From contig OZ025698.1 of NCBI GenBank assembly GCA_964019335.1, positions 470,343-534,342 on the forward strand: a DNA stretch of 64,000 nucleotides. The letters are read 5' to 3'. Made by a program: the position numbers and the translations under genes. The DNA comes from Diplonema japonicum (lineage: Eukaryota; Protista; Euglenozoa: Diplonemea). Below, in pieces: positions 20,104 to 27,939 of the stretch (positions are counted from its first letter, which is position 1; each line of letters starts with the position of its first letter). Below the pieces are notes generated by a model. The model saw only the letters and a list, made by a program, of their open reading frames with translations. It was not told the DNA's origin and made no database searches.

Positions 20104-22875
20104 ATGCTCCGCAGCGCTGGAGCAGCCGGGGAGCTGGGGCAGCTCCTGACACCGGAGCACCGGGAGAAGATGACGGGGGTGGTCACCGTAATTGACCTCC
20201 TCACGCCCGACGCCGCCGCCGCTACAGCCGGCCCAGCGACACCTGTCGCCTCCACCCCGACCGGCTCCGTCAAAAGGCCGGTTTCGCCTGACGCCAGCGT
20301 CGCCACCCCGACCTCCAGCAAGAAAGCTAGGAGGAAGGCCGCCAGAGCCGCGCGCGCTGACGCTGCCGCCGAAGCCGCACACATAGCTGACGCCACACAC
20401 CCCCTCGAAGCCGCACGCACTGCGGCCGACGTCGAACTCGCGGGAATCGCTGCTGATTTGGAAGCTGCACGCGAGTCGGCCGACGTGGTAGCTGCAGAAA
20501 TAGCAGCTAAAATGAAGGCTGCGCAGGAGGTGGCTGATGCTGCTGTTGTCAAAATGGCAGCCGAGACGGAAGCTGCTCGCGTGGCTGGTGTGGAGGCTGC
20601 TCGCAGAGCAGTCGAGGCTGAGGAGAAGGCTCTGCGCGAGCGGTCTACTGCACGACTTGCGGCAGAGGAGAAGGAGGCTGCGCGTGCTGCGGCCGAGATG
20701 AAAGCAGCCGAGGAGAAGAAGGCTACAGCCGCAGCCGCTGCAGCCGAGAAGAAGCAAGCCGCAGCCGCCGCCGCCGAGAAGAAGGCCGACGCCGAGAAGA
20801 AAGCAGCAGCCGCCGCCGCCGCCGAGGAGAAGGCCGCCGCCGAGAAGAAAGCCGCAGCCGCCGCCGCCGAGAAGAAGGCCGCAGCCGACGCCGCCAGGAA
20901 GAAAGCTGCAGCCGCCGCCGCCGCCGCCGCCGCCGAGAAGGAGACCGCAGCCGCAGCCGCCGCCGCCGAGGAGAAGAAGAAGGTCGCAGCCACCGCCGCC
21001 GCCGAAAAGGAAGCCGCCGCCGCCGCTGCCAAAAAGGAGGAAGCTTTGAGGTTGGTGGCCGCCAAGAAGGCAGATGCCCAGAAGGTCGAGGACGAAGCAG
21101 TCGCGAACGCTTCCGCCAACGCGTCAACAGACCAAGGCACGCTCCTCCTTAGCTCAGACTCTGACACCAGCTCTGGCCCTGAGGAGATGGAGGACGACCC
21201 TGCCCCTGCCCCTTCCACAACCCCGCGATGGGACCTGGTGCCAGACACATGGGACGCCCCAATCTACACCAACGTGTCCCCCCCGACGGAAACATCCCGC
21301 GCTGTCATTGCGCTCGACGATCCCTCCGGAATGGGGGTCGTGTGCTCCGCGTTACCTACGGCATCCATCACCTTTGTCCTTATGACAGAGGTCCCCGGTG
21401 TCACCACCCCCAGCGAGATTGTCATGGTCTCTGGGTCGCGCGCAGTGAACAGGAGGGTCCACGTCTCCACGTTCGGGCTGGACCCCCCCACCTACACCCC
21501 GCCTTCCACCTTCAACAGCGGATCGGAGGTCGTCTACGTCTGTGTCAGTGCAGACAGCCTGAAGGAGGCGAAGGCCAGGGTCCTGGAGCTCGCCAAGGCT
21601 CAGGGCGCGGTGGTGGAGGATCGTGCGGTCTTCCGCCCAAGGAAGTTCGGTGAGGAGGAACCGCGGGCGAGGCACTGGACCCACGAGGTGGGACTGCGCC
21701 TGCAAGCAGCACACGTCCACGCCGTCCTGCGCCGGTCCGGGGACGGGTGCATGATCCGGACGACGGAGAGACGCGGGGGGTACGCTTATGTACCCATCGT
21801 GGCGGAAGGGAGGGCGGATGCCTTTCGGATTGCGGGGACGCTGGGTGGGTTGTCTCTCGGGGTGGCGCACCGTAAGGGATGGACTGTGCGGTGCCTACCG
21901 GAGACGGAACAGCGGCTCCGAGAAACCCTCGAAAAACTGCGTACGAAGCGCAAGTTTTTGCTCACCGGGGCCCCGCCGTCCATCACCAGGGCGGCCTTCG
22001 ACGAAGTGATGGACCACATCGGTTGGAAACCATCCTCCGTCCTGCGACGCACGCAGACGATGTTCCAGGGCACGAGGCAACTCGTGTTCTTCATCGTCGT
22101 CGACAGCCCGCCCCCGAAGTCCAGGACGTGGCTCCTTGGGGGGCGCCTTGTCTGCCTCCGTGATGCGGACGACCACCCGACCGTCAAGCCGCCCCCTCTC
22201 ATCAACAGGACGACACCTGCATCTGCACCTGCGCTTGCAACGTCCTCGACCCCGGCACCCACATCTTCTCATGTACCTGCACCTGCGCCTACTACACCTG
22301 TACCTGACCCGGCACCTGTATCGGCGTCGACACCCTCGGAGACTGGCCCTGCGGTGAAAGCAACTGGGCTTCCTCCCACCAGCCCGTGGGCGTCCATACC
22401 GAGCTCGGTGGCTCCCCCCCAGCTCGACACTGTGACGTCCCCTACACCGCCCCGCAACGTGTCTGCGGGAAACAAGGAGGGAGTCCCTTCCGGGTCGCCT
22501 GAGGTCGCCGCTCTCACTGAGCTCGTCGCCACGCTGAAGGAGTCGATCGTCGGGCTGCAGAGGACGATCGACTCTCAGCAGGAGATGATCTCCGATCTGC
22601 GGACGACGCTCCGCCTCCTCCTGCCGCAGGCGGCCACGCTGACGACGGGAACGGCAGTGCCGCGGGACCCTACACCGGGGGCGACGACGACACACGACAG
22701 TGTCTGGAAAGGGAAGGGGAAGGGGAAGAAGGGGGCTCCTCCTCTCGCTACGACCTCTGAGGCTGCGGTGACGAACCTGGGTACGAGGGGGCGGGCCAGG
22801 TCGTTCGCGGAGACCAAAGATCTCTTCACCAATGGGGTCAAGGGGCGCTCTGCCTCCATGGGTCCATCCAATTGA
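20104..22875 (+). CDS. Family B ORF1 (Ala/Lys/Glu coiled coil, globular central region, Pro-rich linker, short coiled coil); may be 5'-truncated
   Basis: The frame is open from the element's 5' junction; the first ATG inside the element is 20104. Position upstream of pol identifies it as ORF1. Confidence 0.7.
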   Translation: MLRSAGAAGELGQLLTPEHREKMTGVVTVIDLLTPDAAAATAGPATPVASTPTGSVKRPVSPDASVATPTSSKKARRKAARAARADAAAEAAHIADATHPLEAARTAADVELAGIAADLEAARESADVVAAEIAAKMKAAQEVADAAVVKMAAETEAARVAGVEAARRAVEAEEKALRERSTARLAAEEKEAARAAAEMKAAEEKKATAAAAAAEKKQAAAAAAEKKADAEKKAAAAAAAEEKAAAEKKAAAAAAEKKAAADAARKKAAAAAAAAAAEKETAAAAAAAEEKKKVAATAAAEKEAAAAAAKKEEALRLVAAKKADAQKVEDEAVANASANASTDQGTLLLSSDSDTSSGPEEMEDDPAPAPSTTPRWDLVPDTWDAPIYTNVSPPTETSRAVIALDDPSGMGVVCSALPTASITFVLMTEVPGVTTPSEIVMVSGSRAVNRRVHVSTFGLDPPTYTPPSTFNSGSEVVYVCVSADSLKEAKARVLELAKAQGAVVEDRAVFRPRKFGEEEPRARHWTHEVGLRLQAAHVHAVLRRSGDGCMIRTTERRGGYAYVPIVAEGRADAFRIAGTLGGLSLGVAHRKGWTVRCLPETEQRLRETLEKLRTKRKFLLTGAPPSITRAAFDEVMDHIGWKPSSVLRRTQTMFQGTRQLVFFIVVDSPPPKSRTWLLGGRLVCLRDADDHPTVKPPPLINRTTPASAPALATSSTPAPTSSHVPAPAPTTPVPDPAPVSASTPSETGPAVKATGLPPTSPWASIPSSVAPPQLDTVTSPTPPRNVSAGNKEGVPSGSPEVAALTELVATLKESIVGLQRTIDSQQEMISDLRTTLRLLLPQAATLTTGTAVPRDPTPGATTTHDSVWKGKGKGKKGAPPLATTSEAAVTNLGTRGRARSFAETKDLFTNGVKGRSASMGPSN

Positions 22876-23016
22876 AGGGGCCCCGCAGAACAGGGGGAGC
22901 AGCAGATCTACGACCATGCTCCCTCTCCTAGTCTCCCTCGCATCCTCCCCAGGAGACTCCTACCTCTCTGTTTCTTCACCGACTTTTCTGCACTGATCCC
23001 CACCCTACTCGGGAGG

Positions 23017-26000
23017 ATGTCCGTCAGGGACCTGCTGGGGCTGCTTGGGCTGGTCGAAACAAACCCTGGCCCACCCAAGAAGCTGCCGCCCCCGTCGCCT
23101 AAGGGTCTCAAGGTTGTCTCGTGGAACTGCAACGGCCTCGTTGCGAAATGGACCGTCGTATCTCGCCATGCTGACTTCTTGTCGCTGGACATCATCATGA
23201 TACAGGAGACGCACCTGAGGGAAGGGCACGACACGCCACACCTGCCTGGGTACAGGTCATACAGGAGGGATCGGTTGACACCGGTGACTGACGGCACTGC
23301 GACGAGGGGTGGTGGTATTGTCACGTATGTCCGCGACGATCTTGCCTCGGAGGAGGTTCCGCACGTACTCCCGGCTGGGGACTGTGTCACTGAGAGACTG
23401 GATGTGAGGATCTCCTGCGAGAAGCGTGAGCCGATCACTCTCTCCAACGTTTACCTTACACCGGTAAGCGCGAGCAGAGGCACGAGGGACCCTGAGTACC
23501 TGCGGCCTGGCAGCCTTCCCATGGGGAAGAACACAGTCATAGCGGGTGACTTCAATGCTCACCACAGCTCCTGGGACGCCACGGTGACGACGCCGAACGA
23601 GAGGGGGAACGTGGTCAGGGACTGGCTGGACACCCACGGGTACTCCGTCTACAACGACCGCAACGAACCGACGAGGGACTCGTCACGACACGTTCTGGAC
23701 CTGGTTGTGGGGCGCTGCGCGAAGCTTGAGCCGAAGACGCTGGGCACGTGGGGCTCCGATCATAGTCCCGTATCCTTTCACCTGCCTCTTGAGGACGTCT
23801 ACCGTTCGGAGCGCCCCTTCCCCACCTGGAATTTCAAAAAAGCCAGATGGGATGACTACACTGCTGCTGTTGCCCGCCTGCTTGCTGGTGTTGACACGGC
23901 GGCTCCGATTGACTCTGTCACGAAGGGGTTTACACAAGCCCTTTTGACTGCGGCGAACGACCACATTCCCCTCTGTGGGATGCGACGTGGCCCGACCCCC
24001 TGGTGGACTGCTGAGCTCGAGGACGCCTTCGAAGAGCGGAACACCCTGCGCGAACTCCTGCTCCAAGAGGCGGACGTGGTGGTGGAGGAGTACAGGGCGA
24101 AGGTGAAAGAAGTCAACCGACTTCTTGACGAGACGAAGCGTGAGGCATGGGGAAGGATGGCGGCCGACCTCAGCCGGAGCAAGGACCTCGGGGCTGCGTT
24201 CAGAGCGGTGAAGAAGCTGGACGGCAGGCACCGAAAGACACACCTTCCTGTACTCGAGGGAAGATTTGTGTCGGACAAGGCGAAGGCCGACCGGCTGGGG
24301 GCGCACTTCGCTAAGCTCTACGGCAGGCGTGGTGACGGGAACTCGAAGGACGCCGCTCCTTCTGCAAGCAGACTCGGGTGTCAAGCGTTCACCGTGGACG
24401 ACCTCACCCGCGGCCTGAGAAGGATGAAGACGCGCAGCGCGGCCGGGGAAGACGGAATCTTCTCGGAGATGCTCCTACACCTGAACACGGACTCCCTCGG
24501 TGTCCTCCTTCTACTCCTCAATCGCTCCTGGCTGATGGGTGTCGTTCCCGGTGCCTGGAAGAAGGGAGTGATCGTCCCGGTACCGAAACCTGGAAAAGAT
24601 GCGACTCTCTTGGCTTCCTACCGGCCGATCTGCCTGACCAGCTGCCTCTGCAAGCTGCTGGAGAGGATGATCGAGGAGAGGCTCACGTTTCTTCTTGACG
24701 CGGATGGGACGGGAGTCGAGGGACTCCACGACAGCCAGGCTGGTTTCAGACGCGGCCGCTCCACGGAGGAGCAGGTGGCATACCTCACTGAGTGCATGTC
24801 GAGGAACAAAGACGATCGACGTCTCTCGGCCGCTCTGCTGTTCGACTTCTCTTCTGCCTTCGACCTGGTGCCCCATGGTGCCCTGCTGGACAAGATGCGA
24901 GGGAAGGGTCTCCCCGAACCCTTCGTGGAGTGGACGCGGTCCTTTCTATGCGGCCGTACTGCTGCGGTCACGATTGGACGGTCGAGGGGGTCGACGACGA
25001 AGGTGCGACGGGGTGTCCCCCAGGGCTCTGTCTTGGGTCCCATCCTGTACACCATCTACGTCGACGAACTCGCCAGGAGACTGGAGGGACTGGCGGACGT
25101 CTCGGTGCTCTACGCCGACGACGTGGCGGTTGTGATCTCCTCTGGACAAGGGGACGTGGCTGGGCTGGAGCGGAAGGCGCAGGCGGTGGTGGATGCGGTT
25201 GAGGACTGGTGCAGGGAGCGTGACATGCTGCTGAGCACGTCCAAGACGCAGGCAGTCTGCGTCCCCCCCCAGAAACGTCTCGGGGTCTACTTCACTTCGT
25301 CACGAGTCCCCCTTCAGCCAGGTGCCTTCCAGAACCCACTCTTCGGCCTGGGGGTGAACGCCGATGGCACGATCTCCGGGGACCAGGAGCTGGCGGGCCT
25401 TCAGGTTGTGGAGGCGGGTGGTGTGCGGATCCGCTGCGTGCGGGACATGCATGCAGCCGTGCGACGGCCCGACGTGGATTACGTTGCGGCCCGTCCCCTG
25501 CCTCTATCTGAACACGCGAGGTACCTTGGGGTTACGGTGGACTCTGGGCTCACGTTCGGTGAACACGCACAGGACATCCTACGGCGGGCCAGCAAAAGGC
25601 TGAGGGTGCTGAAGCTCTTGTCCGGCACGTCCTGGGGCAGCAAGAGGGACACTCTGCGGTCTCTCTACGTTACGTACATCCTCCCGCTGCTGCGCTACTG
25701 CATGGGGGTCTACTACAGCAGGCTCGATGATGTCGGGAGGAAGGACCTGGCTGGGCTTCACCAGGAGGCGGCGGTGCTGATCACGGGCTGCTGGAGTGGC
25801 TCCGGAGGGCACAAGCTCCTAGCTGAGGCAGGACTGCTTCCCCTCGAAAGAATGGCGGAGGGTGCTGCGGCGACGATGACGGCGAAGGCCTTCTGCTGGC
25901 AGTCTTCCCCGGTTCACAGGGAGACGGTCAAGCTGAAGCAGGCGAACAGGCTGGGGTGTGGGTGGCTGCGCTCTGGCTACCAAGCACTGCGTCGATGCGG

Positions 26001-27168
26001 GTTGGAACCAAAGGTGCACTTCGAGTACCTGTCGGCTACGCCCCTGGCGGCCCCGTGGCAGACAGGCATGGTCGACTTCAGGACTGACCTCCCCGGCGGG
26101 GTCACGCGATCGTCGCCAGACGCGGACAGGCGGAAGGCGGCCGAGGCTGCTCTTGCGGCTCTCCCCCCGGGCATCCATGCCTACACAGATGGCTCGGTTG
26201 TACAGGTCGGACAGAAGGCGAAAGGTGGCTCTGGGGTTTATCTGCAGCTGCCTCCCCCCCTGACCCCTGTGTCTATGTGCCATGGCGTCAACGACTTCTG
26301 TTCATCTTTTCGGGCAGAGGGCATGGCTGTGAAAACGGCGCTGGATATGGTGGCTACCCTCCGAAAAACACACCCTTCGCTGGCGAAGTCCCCGCTGTCG
26401 ATCTGCACCGACTCCCTCTCCCTCGTCGAGCAGCTGCGAGCTGGCCCAACGCGACAGAGGGAGAAGCTCGACCACCAGACGTGGAGCCGGCTGGTGTCCG
26501 CGGCGCGCACGCAGGGGACACCGGTGGTCCTCCAGTTTGTGCCCTCCCACTGTGGGGTGGACGGGAACGAGAAGGCTGACGCTCTGGCCGTGGAGGGAAC
26601 GAAGCGGAAGCAGGACAGGCCCTCCCTTGACTACCGATCAGTGAGGGCCCTGGTGCGACGGTGGGTGGTGCGGAGGTCCGCGGAGCTCATAACATCCCTC
26701 GCCCACAACTACGCGGTGGCGACCGAGCTTCGGTCCGCGCACTTCCCCCTTGGCTTCCCCAGACAAGCTGAAACGGTCATCTCGCGGCTGCGGATTGGTC
26801 ACTCGGCTCTCTTCTTCGGCTTCCTGCAGACTGCTGGCCCGAACAGGAAGCACAAGGGTGTGCTCCGGTGCCCAGCCTGCCACGCAGCACCGATGTCCAG
26901 GGAGCATGTTGTCGGTGGGTGCCCTGTGATCGGGAGGGGGGCGATCGACACTCCTGCTGGTACTCCCTCCCTAGCCTTCTCCCTGTCGAGACGCGTGACC
27001 CAGATCTACGACCTCGTTGTTGAGTCTGGCCTGCTCGCCTGGTCACGCTCCGGACTGTTCACCTCGCCATCATCCCTGGCGTCTACAGACGTCACTGCAC
27101 CTTCAAACGTGCCGCCCCCTCCTCCGGTCTCTCTTGACGCCGGTCCCGCGGCCCCCGTGCTGCGCTAA
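23017..27168 (+). CDS. Family B ORF2: 2A-like motif, AP endonuclease, reverse transcriptase, RNase H, CCHC finger
   Basis: GLVETNPGP; WNCNG, IQETHL, GDFNAHH, SDH (APE); YRPICLTS, QAGFR, DFSSAFD, GVPQGSVLGP, YADD, RYLG (RT); YTDGS, RAE, TDS, VPSHCGVDGNEKAD (RNase H); CPAC..H....C. Confidence 0.95.
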   Translation: MSVRDLLGLLGLVETNPGPPKKLPPPSPKGLKVVSWNCNGLVAKWTVVSRHADFLSLDIIMIQETHLREGHDTPHLPGYRSYRRDRLTPVTDGTATRGGGIVTYVRDDLASEEVPHVLPAGDCVTERLDVRISCEKREPITLSNVYLTPVSASRGTRDPEYLRPGSLPMGKNTVIAGDFNAHHSSWDATVTTPNERGNVVRDWLDTHGYSVYNDRNEPTRDSSRHVLDLVVGRCAKLEPKTLGTWGSDHSPVSFHLPLEDVYRSERPFPTWNFKKARWDDYTAAVARLLAGVDTAAPIDSVTKGFTQALLTAANDHIPLCGMRRGPTPWWTAELEDAFEERNTLRELLLQEADVVVEEYRAKVKEVNRLLDETKREAWGRMAADLSRSKDLGAAFRAVKKLDGRHRKTHLPVLEGRFVSDKAKADRLGAHFAKLYGRRGDGNSKDAAPSASRLGCQAFTVDDLTRGLRRMKTRSAAGEDGIFSEMLLHLNTDSLGVLLLLLNRSWLMGVVPGAWKKGVIVPVPKPGKDATLLASYRPICLTSCLCKLLERMIEERLTFLLDADGTGVEGLHDSQAGFRRGRSTEEQVAYLTECMSRNKDDRRLSAALLFDFSSAFDLVPHGALLDKMRGKGLPEPFVEWTRSFLCGRTAAVTIGRSRGSTTKVRRGVPQGSVLGPILYTIYVDELARRLEGLADVSVLYADDVAVVISSGQGDVAGLERKAQAVVDAVEDWCRERDMLLSTSKTQAVCVPPQKRLGVYFTSSRVPLQPGAFQNPLFGLGVNADGTISGDQELAGLQVVEAGGVRIRCVRDMHAAVRRPDVDYVAARPLPLSEHARYLGVTVDSGLTFGEHAQDILRRASKRLRVLKLLSGTSWGSKRDTLRSLYVTYILPLLRYCMGVYYSRLDDVGRKDLAGLHQEAAVLITGCWSGSGGHKLLAEAGLLPLERMAEGAAATMTAKAFCWQSSPVHRETVKLKQANRLGCGWLRSGYQALRRCGLEPKVHFEYLSATPLAAPWQTGMVDFRTDLPGGVTRSSPDADRRKAAEAALAALPPGIHAYTDGSVVQVGQKAKGGSGVYLQLPPPLTPVSMCHGVNDFCSSFRAEGMAVKTALDMVATLRKTHPSLAKSPLSICTDSLSLVEQLRAGPTRQREKLDHQTWSRLVSAARTQGTPVVLQFVPSHCGVDGNEKADALAVEGTKRKQDRPSLDYRSVRALVRRWVVRRSAELITSLAHNYAVATELRSAHFPLGFPRQAETVISRLRIGHSALFFGFLQTAGPNRKHKGVLRCPACHAAPMSREHVVGGCPVIGRGAIDTPAGTPSLAFSLSRRVTQIYDLVVESGLLAWSRSGLFTSPSSLASTDVTAPSNVPPPPPVSLDAGPAAPVLR

Positions 27169-27361
27169 GGGATCGCCCCGCGTGTGTGTAAAGTGAAATG
27201 TTGTGTTTTCCACTTTCCCCTTCCTCTCACTGTTTCCCATTTCCCCTTTTTTTTATTTTCACACTCACCAATGATTCGCTCAATAGGAGCAATACCTCCC
27301 TGGGGGGCTTTCCGCCGGAGGTTCCAGCCAAAGAAGGACATCCAGCTGGAAGGTAGGCCCC

Positions 27362-27816
27362 CGTTTTTCTCTCACTTGACTGAGGGAATAATGTAATTCA
27401 GCCCTCTTCGGCTGTCCCAAAGCAGAGCACGGGTTGGTGGGGGACCAGGGCTCCTCCTGCTTGCAGAAGCCTGGTCCTTTGCCCTCCCTATTTCCCCATG
27501 GTTTCCCTTCACCTTTTTTTCCCCTTTTCTCAGGTGTTGCTCTCCATGGCGGCCCTGCATTGGTATTTTGAAAAAAAAAAAAAAAAAATACACGAAACGT
27601 TTTCTCTCACTTGACTGAGGGAATAATGTAATTCAGCCCTCTTCGGCTGTCCCAAAGCAGAGCACGGGTTGGTGGGGGACCAGGGCTCCTCCTGCTTGCA
27701 GAAGCCTGGTCCATTGCCCTCCCTATTTCCCCATGGTTTCCCTTCACCTTTTTTTTCCCTTTTCTCAGGTGTTGCTCTCCATGGCGGCCCTGCATTGGTA
27801 TTTTGAAAAAAAAAAA
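27362..27816 (+). repeat. Tandem duplication of the ~210-bp 3'-terminal segment of element B
   Basis: Unit cgtttt(t)ctctcacttgac...ggtattttg(A)n at 27362-27588 and 27598-27816, separated by tacacgaaa. Confidence 0.9.
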
Positions 27817-27822
27817 TCCGTA

Positions 27823-27894
27823 TCCTCGGTAGTATAGAGGTCAGTATATCCGCCTGTCACGCGGATGACCCGGGTTCAATTCCCGGCCGGGGAA
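27823..27894 (+). tRNA. tRNA-Asp(GTC)
   Basis: Cloverleaf: TCCTCGG/CCGGGGA acceptor, TCCGC-CTGTCAC-GCGGA anticodon arm, CCGGG-TTCAATT-CCCGG T arm; T-run at 27897-27902. Confidence 0.92.
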
Positions 27895-27939
27895 TATTTT
27901 TTGTTCAAGTTTCCTTTTCCAGATTTTTAAAAAGAAAAA

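Larger units (their letters stand above)
20016..27816 (+). mobile_element. Non-LTR retrotransposon family B, long two-ORF copy abutting tRNA-Asp
   Basis: ORF1 + intact ORF2 (APE-RT-RNase H-CCHC), 3' UTR with a tandem terminal duplication, A tail; TSD (A)n-tccgtatcc at 20007-20015 and 27817-27825. Confidence 0.92.

Noticed and set aside
19798-21248. Ala-rich minus-strand ORFs
   Set aside because: Antisense of GCC/GCA-rich ORF1 codons.
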